From a virus (taxonomy: Duplodnaviria > Caudoviricetes), in the IMG/VR virus record IMGVR_UViG_3300048541_000245, positions 1 through 63,682 of that record: DNA of 63,682 nucleotides. One strand, given 5' to 3'. The position numbers and the translations under genes were made by a program. The notes under the pieces are model-generated. The model was not told where the DNA came from, made no database searches, and saw nothing but the letters and a program-made list of their open reading frames with translations. This document shows positions 34,393-44,783 of this stretch, piece after piece (within the stretch, counting starts at the first letter, position 1; the number at the start of each line of letters is the position of its first letter).

Positions 34393-35973
34393 TTACTGAG
34401 CCCGTGAGGCAGCAGCTTGAGCTTTTTCTGGGGTTTCCAGGTCATCAGTAGGATCCCCACTTGCAGCAGGATTAGATGTCTGGCTATCCGAAAAGTCAGG
34501 TGCGGCTTCCTGCAAAGCAGTCTCGTCATCGATCATTTGATCGACTTGATCTTCATGATCCTCATCAGTTCGCGTAATCTCATCTTCTACTTTCAAGTCA
34601 GGATCAAGGATGCCGCCACGTTGTAATTCATCCAATACCGTGCGCTTAGAAAGCAGCCCTTGAGAGTAAAGATTGACCAGCTGTGCAATCTCAGAAGCGC
34701 CTAACGGACGACTAATCAAGCTGTCATTAATAGCAATACCAGATTCAGGTGTAACCTGATCAAACTCACCGCTATAAGCCGCCCAGAGGCGCATAACAGT
34801 AGTAAAGCTTGAAACTTTATTGCGTGTTAAAGATGAGACCTGTGAGGCTACTTGAGAAGCACGGAGAGATGCTTCAGTAGCGGTCTTGATGTTTGCACCA
34901 TATAAGAAATTAAGACTACTGCGATCCATCAGTAACTCAAGGTGTTCGATTTCAGCTTGATGGCGTTCCAGACTGCGACCAGATGGTTCTGCAAACTCAA
35001 ATTTACCGCCTTCAGCGTCAAGGTCAACAGCAGTATTGGGGCCTAAAATCAATGGAATTGGTTTGCCGTCGGCTCCTAGCTTCGCCCCAGTTCTGACAGG
35101 TACTGGCATTGCACATTTATGCAGCAGCTCCTGTAAGTCAGACCGCATTTGAAAATGCTGAATTGACAGTTCAGCCAATGCATTTAATGGCAGGTCACCA
35201 TGCGCGAAATGAGGGTCAGTAGATCCGTACCACACCAAAGGCACGACAGGGATTGATGTATTGACTTCGCGTTCCTTGACCTGGACCCATTCGCGACCAC
35301 GCTTTTCTAAGCGGTATGTCTCGACAAGGTTAGGCCGCAGAACATGATAGACAGCATCCAGCTCGACACCAAACGATCCTGGAATTGACCTTTGGCGGAA
35401 TTGACGGATTGTTGCGTGATTTACCTTCTCGCGACCTGAAGAATATTCAATAGACCAATTAATCACGTTGGCCCTGTCAACCATGATTAGATATGGCCGA
35501 CGATCAGAATTCTGTTCATCAAAGAAATTTGTTTCACCTTCATCCTGTGTCATGTCAACCATGACAAAGACACCGCCATCCCTTAATGCTTTTTCGTCGC
35601 ATCGGTTCCAGAAACTTTGGATGCTTTCCCCTTGAAGATCCACGTCAGTTTCCGCCGCCAATAATGAGGCTGGGGTGTCGACCAACTGGAAACGATTAAG
35701 TAAGCCAGCATAAGCCCGAATGCTATCGCGATAAATTGGAGTATAAGTTGATCTTGTTAAGCGAGAATCATATGCTCCGCGAGGCTCAGCAGGTTCTTGT
35801 GGTAAATATTTTTCTTTTACGCCGCGTGAGTGACCAGAACTATCGGCAAAAGTGCCGTCTAAAAGATGCCAGCAGTGATTAGCAAGCTCCAGGGCAGGTA
35901 GTTGACGGATTAACTCCGGTCGATGGTAAGAAACGAGCGATGGATCGTTTGTCGGGTGCGGTACGCCCAGCAT
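34393..35973 (-). CDS. Portal protein (DUF4055-like)
   Basis: KYLPQEPAE...YDSRL...VINW...LNALAELSIQHFQ..SD...KTATEA. Confidence 0.85.
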   Translation of the reverse strand: MLGVPHPTNDPSLVSYHRPELIRQLPALELANHCWHLLDGTFADSSGHSRGVKEKYLPQEPAEPRGAYDSRLTRSTYTPIYRDSIRAYAGLLNRFQLVDTPASLLAAETDVDLQGESIQSFWNRCDEKALRDGGVFVMVDMTQDEGETNFFDEQNSDRRPYLIMVDRANVINWSIEYSSGREKVNHATIRQFRQRSIPGSFGVELDAVYHVLRPNLVETYRLEKRGREWVQVKEREVNTSIPVVPLVWYGSTDPHFAHGDLPLNALAELSIQHFQMRSDLQELLHKCAMPVPVRTGAKLGADGKPIPLILGPNTAVDLDAEGGKFEFAEPSGRSLERHQAEIEHLELLMDRSSLNFLYGANIKTATEASLRASQVASQVSSLTRNKVSSFTTVMRLWAAYSGEFDQVTPESGIAINDSLISRPLGASEIAQLVNLYSQGLLSKRTVLDELQRGGILDPDLKVEDEITRTDEDHEDQVDQMIDDETALQEAAPDFSDSQTSNPAASGDPTDDLETPEKAQAAASRAQ

Positions 35974-35974
35974 T

Positions 35975-36031
35975 GCTATCTCAGCGAAGTTTAGCCTTCT
36001 CGGCAGAATAATTTTTGCCGCATCTCGCGAC
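35975..36031 (-). promoter_or_regulatory. Three GAGAW-loop hairpins in the portal leader
   Basis: GTCGC-GAGAT-GCGGC, GCC-GAGAA-GGC, GCT-GAGAT-AGC between the late motif (36037-36046) and ATG. Confidence 0.55.
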
Positions 36032-36046
36032 TACGGTTAGTCTTCC

Positions 36047-36571
36047 TTACCCTTTACTTGCCACAGCTCCTTGGTCTAGAAAATAACGACCAGTGACCGC
36101 ATAGCTGCGTAAAGGAATCTCACTAAGAGTATGGAAGCGAAGCTGACCAATCCTCATGCCTTTTTTTAAGACAACATTATGTCTGTTATTGACATTTTGA
36201 AGCTCTAGCGTGATTTGACCCTTGAAACCAGGGTCAATATATCCAGCCAAAAGGTGATTGATACCTTCTCTTCCGCGACTGCTTTTTAGTTGAAAATTTG
36301 ATTCCAAATTATTCGGAATACGGACATATTCATTGGTATGAGCAAGAATAAAGCCACCAGGAGGAAGGATAAAACCTTCATCTTCGTCGATCTCATGGTC
36401 AATCCACCTGGCCCGATCACTAGGTCGTCCATAAGAACGACCCTCGACCTTGATTATGCCTCCGAGTGTGACATCAATGCTGGCAGGGTTGACCATTTCT
36501 GGATCGAAAGGTTCTACCAAGCCAATATTGCGGCATAGGTTACGGATCTGAAAATCAACGAGTGATGACAT
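36047..36571 (-). CDS. dcd: dCTP deaminase
   Basis: NPASIDVTLG, KSSRGREG, AGYIDPGFKGQITLEL, RIGQL. Confidence 0.92.
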   Translation of the reverse strand: MSSLVDFQIRNLCRNIGLVEPFDPEMVNPASIDVTLGGIIKVEGRSYGRPSDRARWIDHEIDEDEGFILPPGGFILAHTNEYVRIPNNLESNFQLKSSRGREGINHLLAGYIDPGFKGQITLELQNVNNRHNVVLKKGMRIGQLRFHTLSEIPLRSYAVTGRYFLDQGAVASKG

Positions 36572-36572
36572 C

Positions 36573-38906
36573 TTAAATCTTCTGCCCCACTTGATCAGCG
36601 TCCTTTTCAGCTTCAGCAAGACATTTGTCGCTGTCGCAACCAGCCGAACCCTTTAACTCGTAGTCAGCGGAGTCGTAGGTGCTTAAGACCTCAAGGAAGC
36701 TAACCTCTTCTTTTTTGAAGATTGCCGGCAGAGCAGAGCGGTAGGTTTCTGCTGCTTTATTCCAGCGATCATATTCATCCTTTTCGATTGGCTCGAAAGG
36801 TAAACGCGGGAATGTTTCATTGGCGTCAAAACGCGCCAACAGAGCGGCAGAGATGTATCCAGTACCGAGTTGCATTGACTCATGAATCAACTTTGAGAGC
36901 AATGGAATTTCCTCTTCTCTAAACTCAATCGTAGCCGAGGTGTTGTGTTCTGTGTAATAGTTTTGCACCTGCATGTAAAGGCCCCACTGAGAGGCTACTG
37001 GGAGCTTACTGAGATCAAATTGATCACAACCAGGGAGGTTAGCCCAACTAACTTCAGTAGGAATCTCAACCAACACTTCTTGCACGCGAGGATCAAGAAT
37101 GTCATCTAAAAGATTGCCGTTTTCATCCTTAGCTGATTGTGCAGGAATCACGGAATAGCCCCAATCACGTAGAGCAGAGACAAGAGGATCAGACTTTCCG
37201 AAAGTAATGCGACGAATAAATCGCTGTGACTTAGGGGGATGCCAGCCAGAAGAGGCTCCTGTCAAAAGGCTTTTTGTTCCTGCAGGTTGAACTGTTGTCA
37301 GTCGATTAGGACGACGCAGGCCATGCTTGTCGCAGTAGTTGATGACCGTATAACGGACGATATCAGCCCAGCGACGCAAGAAGTAGTGCTCTTTTTTTGC
37401 AAATTTACGGCCAAGATTGTTACTTGGTCGTCCTTTCATCATCCAATCAAGCCAAGGCGCTCCGAAGGCATGCACAAAGAAGTCGAATAACCCGGTGAAG
37501 CTAACGCCAACGATCGGATCAATCTCACGACTGTACCGATAACGATCAATATAGAACTCATGATGCAGCAATGCTGCTACCTGCAAGGCTCCTGCTTTAA
37601 ACGCATTGTCCTGTGCCTGAGTATCATTTGGATCGATTGTATTGAGATGAATCTCAGCCAAGTTGCAGTGAAAGTCAGTGCCAATAATTTCTCCGCATGG
37701 ATTAAGGCCGTAGCGGCTTAGTCGATGAGCCAACTCTTTAGAATCCATCACACCAGAAGGTGTATGAAGTGCCTCTAAATACTCAGCTGCTTCGTTCTTG
37801 TCCTGCAAATAAAGAGCAATAAACTGCTTTTTGCGCTCAGGATTACATAGCAGATCAGCGTTAGCACGAGCAATTGCCTCAGGCACGTACTGAATAGCAC
37901 CTTCCCCAGAGTAAAACTGCTTCTTAATTGATTCCTCTACCGTAGAAAAATCAGGGACTTCATGGAAGCAAAGGGTATGGTTTGCCATTCGCAAAGCTTC
38001 TTTCTTTGGATCGACCCTCCAATTACCATCTTCGTCTTGGGCATATAAACCTGCTTTTGAATCAGCAGCTTCGTTGTCATAAGAGCTGAACTGACGCATA
38101 CCAGCACTGCGACGGATGTTGCCAGCGACAACACAAGCCGAGGCTTCGTCAATCAATAGGCAGGTCTCTACAGAGCTAAGACGACGGCCATAAGCACCGT
38201 TAAGGATCCCTACAACACGCCGGAACATGTCCTCTAGCTTTACAGGGTTGGCAGTGCCGCCAAATCCTTGTAGACGCTCACCTGCTGGCCTGACGTTACC
38301 AAGGTCGATGATTAAGTTAACAGTTTTTTTAGTGCTGAATTCAGTGGCAATCTCAATAATACCTAGATAGGCATCAACCCAGCCTTCTCGGCTATCACCA
38401 ACGTAAACAACTACGTTGCCGTCCTCAAGACTTAAAAACTCAGTCTGTTCAATTCGATCCGGCGGCAAGATGTCACCAGCATCTTCAACGCTGACAATAT
38501 TGATCTCAGTGACTACTGCCGGCAGAGAATCGATATTCGACTTCTCAAGCATTGCACCAGTACCTGAACCCATCATGGCTAGTTCCATGATGTGACGAAA
38601 TGCACTGATCTCGTTTACGTTTGTCGAGGTGCAATTATACCAGCCACTAAAGTTCTTTTGCTGGCTTCCCCATTCGGTGCCTGCTACCCAAAAAGCTCTG
38701 CCAGAAGGGAAGCAATGCTGATTCAATGCCTGGTCCATTACAAGGCTTTTTTCTTCAGTAGAAAACTTGCCAACCTCTGAAATAGAGTCGACGCAACGAG
38801 TCATTGCTTCTTTGAATGTCTCTCGCTGGCCGTCGGTCTTCCTGCGTGAATATGTACGATAAAAAACGGCTTCTGCACTAGGAGCTGTTGACTGAAATTC
38901 TGGCAT
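36573..38906 (-). CDS. nrdJ: Class II (B12-dependent) ribonucleoside-triphosphate reductase
   Basis: PSGR, YNC, GGTANP, AGNIRRSA, GLNPCGEI, CNLAEIH, TVQPAGTKS, C-terminal GCDSDKC. Confidence 0.93.
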   Translation of the reverse strand: MPEFQSTAPSAEAVFYRTYSRRKTDGQRETFKEAMTRCVDSISEVGKFSTEEKSLVMDQALNQHCFPSGRAFWVAGTEWGSQQKNFSGWYNCTSTNVNEISAFRHIMELAMMGSGTGAMLEKSNIDSLPAVVTEINIVSVEDAGDILPPDRIEQTEFLSLEDGNVVVYVGDSREGWVDAYLGIIEIATEFSTKKTVNLIIDLGNVRPAGERLQGFGGTANPVKLEDMFRRVVGILNGAYGRRLSSVETCLLIDEASACVVAGNIRRSAGMRQFSSYDNEAADSKAGLYAQDEDGNWRVDPKKEALRMANHTLCFHEVPDFSTVEESIKKQFYSGEGAIQYVPEAIARANADLLCNPERKKQFIALYLQDKNEAAEYLEALHTPSGVMDSKELAHRLSRYGLNPCGEIIGTDFHCNLAEIHLNTIDPNDTQAQDNAFKAGALQVAALLHHEFYIDRYRYSREIDPIVGVSFTGLFDFFVHAFGAPWLDWMMKGRPSNNLGRKFAKKEHYFLRRWADIVRYTVINYCDKHGLRRPNRLTTVQPAGTKSLLTGASSGWHPPKSQRFIRRITFGKSDPLVSALRDWGYSVIPAQSAKDENGNLLDDILDPRVQEVLVEIPTEVSWANLPGCDQFDLSKLPVASQWGLYMQVQNYYTEHNTSATIEFREEEIPLLSKLIHESMQLGTGYISAALLARFDANETFPRLPFEPIEKDEYDRWNKAAETYRSALPAIFKKEEVSFLEVLSTYDSADYELKGSAGCDSDKCLAEAEKDADQVGQKI

Positions 38907-39099
38907 TTCGCCTTGGTGACGGTAAGAATAGTTTACCGCAGTCTTACTGTTTGTCAGTCAATTGTCGTGTATTTTGCAAGAATGATAAGAAGGGTTTTCG
39001 TTACAGAAGCGTTCCCAATATTCTCGTCGATGAGTCTCACTCGAAGGGTGTTCATCAACACGATTTGATGGCTGCTCTACGACTGTCTTTTTAAAAACT

Positions 39100-39366
39100 T
39101 TAGAAGTCATGATTGTGCCTGCAAGTCAAAGAATGAAGCCCTGGAATAAAATGACAGGACTCTTCAAGGGTATCTTTAGTCGAAGCGTCTAACAGAGTAG
39201 CGATCAAAAAAAGATCAAAATGATTGTCGCAGGAGCGTAAGAGTTCAGACTTTAATCTGACCCAAAAGCTAAGACGACTTTTGTGATGACAAAAAAGAAC
39301 CGCAGTCGCTTCAGCGATCTGGCGCTGACGAATCAATTGCCAAAGAGCATCTACAAGCTGCGGCAT
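39100..39366 (-). CDS. Hypothetical protein
   Basis: ORF. Confidence 0.45.
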   Translation of the reverse strand: MPQLVDALWQLIRQRQIAEATAVLFCHHKSRLSFWVRLKSELLRSCDNHFDLFLIATLLDASTKDTLEESCHFIPGLHSLTCRHNHDF

Positions 39367-39371
39367 TTTGC

Positions 39372-39518
39372 CTATTTCCCTTGTCCTCTATAGGGTTTCC
39401 GATTAGGGCTCCTTTTGACGCGACCTTGATTAATTCGTGTGCGGGTACGCCGACCTTCACCAATTCTTGTTCGTTTTGGCGCATGACTCTCGAAAGTAGT
39501 CTTTTTAGCTGAGAACAT
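39372..39518 (-). CDS. Small basic peptide ending YRGQGK (48 aa)
   Basis: MFSAKKTT...KRTRIGEGRR...RKPYRGQGK*, a motif recurrent in marine phages. Confidence 0.6.
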   Translation of the reverse strand: MFSAKKTTFESHAPKRTRIGEGRRTRTRINQGRVKRSPNRKPYRGQGK

Positions 39519-39541
39519 CGATATGAAAGCTACTCTTCATA

Positions 39542-41113
39542 TTACGATTGTAATGCATAATTCTCAGGAGCAGTTGTCATAACAGTTTCAATATGGGCGA
39601 TTGAAAGTTCGCTGTCATCTACAGTAATTGAAGGGCAGACTATTGACCTTAGAGTTTGCATGTAGATTGGTTCTGCACTACAGAGAATTGCCATCAGGGC
39701 ATGATGAGAGAAGTCATCGCTTGTATGATTTTGAATCTCTTCAATTCTTCGCCAAAGCCATTTCATTTGCGGGAAATAAAGCTCTTTCATTAACGGTGCA
39801 AGTACCCACCTGAAATCAATATTATGGATATAAAGACGTAGCATTCTTCTTTCAACAATTTTCCTTGTATGTTCAAAACTTGGCTTGGTCCAAGTTTTTA
39901 TTTTAAGAGAAGAAGTTTTAAAGTCATGAAAGCCCTTAGATATTTCTGCTGCTAAGGATTGCTTGTTTTGCGCCAAGCGAATAGATGCTTTGTCATAGTA
40001 GTGTGACCGAAGAGCTGGACTACTGATTTGAGAAAATAAATCCTTAATGTGCTTTTCTACTTCCTGAATTTTAAGCTCATCTTTGAAGTCAAGACTGTTA
40101 AGCCATTGATCCAAAATCCAGTCAAGCCATGACTGAGCATTTGATATTAAAGTAGAAAGTTGGCCACCACTTTTTATGAAATCGTCTGGGTCCATGCCGT
40201 CAGGTAGTACCGCAATGCGTACATCTAGTTCTCCCTGCAGGGTGTAGCTCTTAACAGTGTCAAGGAACTTGCTAATAGCCTTTACACCGCCGGCATCAGC
40301 ATCCATACAAAGCACAAACCTTTTTGTCTTTCTAATCATTCTTTTCAAAACACCTTCAGAAGGTGATGCAGTTCCTTGCAATGCAACAACGTTTTTTATG
40401 CCAGCCTGCCAAAGTGATACAACATCTAAATGACCTTCAACAAATATACATTCATCAGCAGAACGTATATGCTCAGCCGCACGATATTCATTAAAAACAA
40501 TATCTGACTTATTGAAAATTACATTGTTCTCAGTATTTTTGTATTTTGGTTTTACGTCTGGGACTATAGTCCTAGCAACAAATCCAACATGATTCCCGAC
40601 ATGATTGCTGATCGGGAGAGTTACACGCTTTTGTTTAGAGTCGAACCCAAAACCAAAAAGTCTTGATGTTTCTGGCAATATTAAACGTCCTCTTAAGAAA
40701 TCAATTGCTTCATCATGGACCTGGAGGTCTTGTCGGTACTGTATTTGCATGTCAGAGACAGTATCAATGGCTGCCTCACGGAGTTTTTTCTTTTTTGATA
40801 TCTCTTCTTTGTCTTCATTGGTGTGCTCAACAGCAATATTGTTGGATGCAGCAACCTTTTCGCAGGCTTCAGCAAAATTTATCCCATATTTCTGAGATAT
40901 AAAGCCAATTGCATCATCATGATGCTGGCAAACGTGGCAAAAAACAAAACCTTTGTCGTCACTGACTGTAAGTGATGGGTTTCGGTCTTCATGCCATAAA
41001 CATTGCGTTACAAATTCCCTTCCAACTTTTTTCAGGTAGGTGCCATCATTCTGCAGTACGTCAGATACCGCTAAAGATTTAAGCTTTCTAATCGTTTCTT
41101 GAGATACTGACAC
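39542..41113 (-). CDS. dnaG: DNA primase (CHC2 Zn finger + TOPRIM)
   Basis: CLWHEDRNPS..CHVC; PKYKNT; FVEGHLDV; CMDADAGG; DPDD. Confidence 0.93.
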   Translation of the reverse strand: MSVSQETIRKLKSLAVSDVLQNDGTYLKKVGREFVTQCLWHEDRNPSLTVSDDKGFVFCHVCQHHDDAIGFISQKYGINFAEACEKVAASNNIAVEHTNEDKEEISKKKKLREAAIDTVSDMQIQYRQDLQVHDEAIDFLRGRLILPETSRLFGFGFDSKQKRVTLPISNHVGNHVGFVARTIVPDVKPKYKNTENNVIFNKSDIVFNEYRAAEHIRSADECIFVEGHLDVVSLWQAGIKNVVALQGTASPSEGVLKRMIRKTKRFVLCMDADAGGVKAISKFLDTVKSYTLQGELDVRIAVLPDGMDPDDFIKSGGQLSTLISNAQSWLDWILDQWLNSLDFKDELKIQEVEKHIKDLFSQISSPALRSHYYDKASIRLAQNKQSLAAEISKGFHDFKTSSLKIKTWTKPSFEHTRKIVERRMLRLYIHNIDFRWVLAPLMKELYFPQMKWLWRRIEEIQNHTSDDFSHHALMAILCSAEPIYMQTLRSIVCPSITVDDSELSIAHIETVMTTAPENYALQS

Positions 41114-41199
41114 TAAGGATCACCAAGTCGCGCACAGGCTATAGACCGGTAGTTGTTTTGAAGGTGGTCAACTAATTCTTTTAAGACTTGCGCTAATAT

Positions 41200-41820
41200 T
41201 TAGCCATTTGTGTAGTTATATAAAAATTCATCAACTGACTCAACAGGCAAGTTATTCGTTTTACTACAAAAGTAGTCTAAAATTAATTTTTTGTGCTTTG
41301 GGTTTAAAAGATTCCAGGAATGTTCAGCACGAACTTTAAATTGTTCAGCAAAATTAATCTCTTCAGGCTCAAGACTGTCTGTCGGACTTGCATGATCATT
41401 GATTTCAAGCGGTGGTCCAGAACAAACACTTTTGATCTCTTGCCATTCAGAGATAGGAATCTCTAGCTCTTTAGCTACATCTAAGTCATTCATCCCGCGA
41501 TACATCAAACGCCGCCCTTTAATCCATTTTTCACGCATTTTATGAGTCAACCTCATTGCGTAGGTTCTGTCTCTAATCCAATGAAGCAACTCCCCTCTGA
41601 TTGTCGGCACCGCAAGGCTGCTGAACTTAAAACCAGATTCTGGATTGTATCGATAAGCAGCTTTACAAAGTCCTTCTAGTGCTGCACCTTCCAAGGTGTC
41701 GTAGTCAATATCTGTTGTTCTTTGTAGCTTCCACGCTTCTCGTCGTGCAAGATTAATATTTTCCGTAGCAAGCAATTGCTGCTCTTTACTTAGCTTGAAC
41801 TTCTTCGCTTTTCTTGCCAT
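41200..41820 (-). CDS. SigF/SigB-like alternative sigma factor
   Basis: ENINLAR, GLCKAAYRYNPESGFKFSSLAVPTIRGELLHWIRD. Confidence 0.85.
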   Translation of the reverse strand: MARKAKKFKLSKEQQLLATENINLARREAWKLQRTTDIDYDTLEGAALEGLCKAAYRYNPESGFKFSSLAVPTIRGELLHWIRDRTYAMRLTHKMREKWIKGRRLMYRGMNDLDVAKELEIPISEWQEIKSVCSGPPLEINDHASPTDSLEPEEINFAEQFKVRAEHSWNLLNPKHKKLILDYFCSKTNNLPVESVDEFLYNYTNG

Positions 41821-41846
41821 TGTAATTACTCTTATAGTACATCTTA

Positions 41847-43370
41847 TCAGAAGATATTAAAACTTCTTACTCCTTCAATGACTCTATCTCCACGGCCCCA
41901 TGTGACTTCTGTCATCTGCGGAGGCACACGCTGCAGTGAATAGTTGATCGCCATGGTCAACGCATCGACTTGGTCATCATTTTTTGATGCAGGGAACAAG
42001 GAAAATTCACTGACAAAGTTATCGAGCCATGGTGTGCTGATTGGTAAATATACATTTCCAGCTTCAACTACTGGAACAATGCCTGCAGCACGAGCCTGCT
42101 TACTTTTTTCTGGCCTAAAGCCAATTAAACCAGGAACTTTCTTCTTTGCCATTTGATATACGGCATAGCCACTAGCTGCAAGCTCGATAACAGTTCCGTC
42201 CAGCTGATGACGCTTATACATCCTGGCGATCATATTCATCGTGCCAATGACATCAGTTTTTTCTCTGAACAGATCGAGCACATAAAATGATGGACCAGAT
42301 TGACCGACAACTAGCCCCACGACATAGTCGCTATTCTTTGCATCAGTAAACGTACAGTCAATCGACAAGATCACTCTGTCGAAATCAGGAATAACAGAAT
42401 CATGCGAGTAATATTGCCACCAAGTAGGATCAAACATGTTGCCCCCTTCTGGAGCAGGACGCTGCTGAAACAAAGATGCAAATTCCCTTGTTCCGATGGC
42501 CTCTCTGATGCGCTCATAATCGTCTTCGTCATACCTTTGGGGGCATAATGCTTGCCCTTCCTCTGTACGCCAGTCCAGGATCGTTTCGCAGTGCTCTGGA
42601 AGCTTGGGACGGCTTCCTTCATCTTCAAATAATGCCGGCAGATCAACAATCGTCCAGTTCTCTCGACCCTTTTCAGATACGTTGTTTTCGTTCTCTAGTA
42701 GCTGACCAATCATGTCATTCTCAGACCATCTAGTCTGAATAACAACAATCGCTCCAGCTTCTGGCTCAAGGCGGGTGTACAAGGTTGATGCATACCAGTC
42801 CCAAAGCTTATCCATCATTCGCTGGCTTTCAGCGTCTTCTCTGTTCTTTACAGGGTCATCGATGATCAGCAAATGGCCAGATCGACCAGTAATTGCGCCT
42901 CCAACACCAGCAGCCCATAATCCACCGCCACCTTGCGTGCCCCACGCATTGACTGCTTGCTGTGAAGGATCCAGCTGTCCTCCGCCATCACGATAAAAAT
43001 CGCGTGCTTTACGAGAAAAACCTTGACTTAGTTCTGCTGAGTAAGAAGAAATACCTACAAAACGATCAGGATGTGCCTGCAGATATGCCGCCGGGAGTAA
43101 AACTGAACTTAAAAGGCTCTTTCCGCTTCGTGGCGGGACTTGCAAGATTAAACGATTGCAATCTCCATCAATAATTCGCTGTAGCTGCTTGATTAATGTT
43201 GCATGAAACTTATAAAATTTATAATTTGGATAAACTTCCTTTATAAATTTATGCAGCAGTATCCTGTCTCCCTTCTCTTTTGATTGCAGCTTCTTGTCTC
43301 GCAATGCCTTAAGCATCGCTTGATTTTGCGCTGATTTACGCAAGTAGTCTTTGCCTAATTTTTGTGCCAT
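41847..43370 (-). CDS. terL: Terminase large subunit
   Basis: PPRSGKS Walker A, LIIDDPVK, QTRW..D, QQRP, SID, FP..KNDDQVDA. Confidence 0.95.
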   Translation of the reverse strand: MAQKLGKDYLRKSAQNQAMLKALRDKKLQSKEKGDRILLHKFIKEVYPNYKFYKFHATLIKQLQRIIDGDCNRLILQVPPRSGKSLLSSVLLPAAYLQAHPDRFVGISSYSAELSQGFSRKARDFYRDGGGQLDPSQQAVNAWGTQGGGGLWAAGVGGAITGRSGHLLIIDDPVKNREDAESQRMMDKLWDWYASTLYTRLEPEAGAIVVIQTRWSENDMIGQLLENENNVSEKGRENWTIVDLPALFEDEGSRPKLPEHCETILDWRTEEGQALCPQRYDEDDYERIREAIGTREFASLFQQRPAPEGGNMFDPTWWQYYSHDSVIPDFDRVILSIDCTFTDAKNSDYVVGLVVGQSGPSFYVLDLFREKTDVIGTMNMIARMYKRHQLDGTVIELAASGYAVYQMAKKKVPGLIGFRPEKSKQARAAGIVPVVEAGNVYLPISTPWLDNFVSEFSLFPASKNDDQVDALTMAINYSLQRVPPQMTEVTWGRGDRVIEGVRSFNIF

Positions 43371-43523
43371 TTAAAATTTTGCTAGTCCATCTTCAATTGC
43401 TTTACTCCAATCCTCTTCAGTCCAATCGTTGAATTCTTGACAACGTGGATCATTGTCGTCCCATTCCAAAACAAACGTACCGTCGTCTTCCTGTTTCACA
43501 GTAATTATTGGCAATTCATTCAT
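43371..43523 (-). CDS. Small acidic hypothetical protein
   Basis: LEWDDNDP...WTEEDW; between terS and terL. Confidence 0.55.
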   Translation of the reverse strand: MNELPIITVKQEDDGTFVLEWDDNDPRCQEFNDWTEEDWSKAIEDGLAKF

Positions 43524-44100
43524 CGATAATAATTTCATCCTCGTCTTCATCAAGTTCCTCGACCTGCACTCTATCAAGTTCTTGCTCAACTAGCTGTAAC
43601 ATGTCCTCAACGCCTAGAGCTGAAGCCCAAGCCTGACGGGACTGCTCTGTGATGTTTGCAGTGGCACGTAACAAGCCTGAGACAAGTGGTAGCGGCACCT
43701 CTTCTCCTTGATCCTGTGCATCCTTGACTCGCTTTGTCAAGACGCCTAGAAGGTCTTCCGAGATCTCCATCATCATCCTTGCCTGCCGTTCAGAGGCATC
43801 CCTGAACTCAACGATAGATCTCTTATGCTTTTGCTCTCGTATCTTTTCTGCGTCCTTCCAGGTCAAAGCAATCTGCTCTTTGTCCCATTGCGCTGCGCGT
43901 TTTTCCCAGTTATATTTTTTAGCCCAATTCTTAATTGTTTGCGGGTCAACCTTGAAGATCTTGGCTACAGGGTCATAGGTCCGCTGGCCACCCATATGCA
44001 AATAATTTTGAAATGCAGAGTACTGATCAGCAGACTCATGCTTTCCATAACGTGGCTTAACTTCATACCCACGCCTAAAATCATAACAATGGATGGCCAC
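43516..44100 (-). CDS. Terminase small subunit
   Basis: HTH-like N-terminus (WAKKYNWEKRAAQWD), upstream of terL, late motif at 44120-44129. Confidence 0.72.
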   Translation of the reverse strand: MAIHCYDFRRGYEVKPRYGKHESADQYSAFQNYLHMGGQRTYDPVAKIFKVDPQTIKNWAKKYNWEKRAAQWDKEQIALTWKDAEKIREQKHKRSIVEFRDASERQARMMMEISEDLLGVLTKRVKDAQDQGEEVPLPLVSGLLRATANITEQSRQAWASALGVEDMLQLVEQELDRVQVEELDEDEDEIIIDE

Positions 44101-44132
44101 TCTTAAACTCTAAATCGGGCTAGGATACCGTT

Positions 44133-44783
44133 TTAGGTAAAAGCAGCTTCATATACATCAGGCAACTCATCTTCAAAAATAGTCAAAACATCTTCAGCAA
44201 CTTGACGATGTTCAAGCTGAGTTTCAGGACTGGCTCTAATATCTAAATAATGAATCCATGAGCGAATTGTACCACTCATGTATAAACGTGTACGTGTATT
44301 TAAAGGTAAGACAGCCCTTGCACACTCTTTAGCAATACCAGCACTGACCATCTCTCTGTAAAGATGTTCAGAATCCTCAAACAACTCACTAATCCTCCGA
44401 TAAAAACTACCAACTTCCTCTTGACCTAAATCATTGATTGAATTTTGTCTATTTGTCTTGTCTTGCCGGCGGAGATGAGGAATGATTGAATCCCCAAGCT
44501 GCCCTACATCAGAATATCTCTGAGAGAATTCTTGGAACGAAAAGCTACGATGGCGTATGATTTGCTGTGCAATTGCCCTAGTAGTATTAATCTCTACGCA
44601 CATTGTAGCCATTTCGAATGGTGACCAATGGCTATGTTTGATCAAATAGCGAATTAGCTTAGGCGCTGTTTCTTTGCTGTTTTGATTGGTAGGATTGGAA
44701 ACTCTTGCCAGATAGGCAATCATTTCCTCCGCGTCTGGGGTGATCCATACAAGCTTGCAATTAGAAGAGCGGTACGAATCCAT
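44133..44783 (-). CDS. thyX: FAD-dependent thymidylate synthase
   Basis: HWSPFEM, RHRSFSFQEFSQRY, ECARAVLP, QLEHR. Confidence 0.95.
   Translation of the reverse strand: MDSYRSSNCKLVWITPDAEEMIAYLARVSNPTNQNSKETAPKLIRYLIKHSHWSPFEMATMCVEINTTRAIAQQIIRHRSFSFQEFSQRYSDVGQLGDSIIPHLRRQDKTNRQNSINDLGQEEVGSFYRRISELFEDSEHLYREMVSAGIAKECARAVLPLNTRTRLYMSGTIRSWIHYLDIRASPETQLEHRQVAEDVLTIFEDELPDVYEAAFT

Noticed and set aside
39025-39050. Hammerhead-like GATGAG...CGAA
   Set aside because: Lacks the CUGAUGA core, the GAAA element and the flanking stems
39389-39400. Late promoter-like GGAAACCCTA
   Set aside because: Spacing is off by one and it lies within the coding sequence of the YRGQGK peptide
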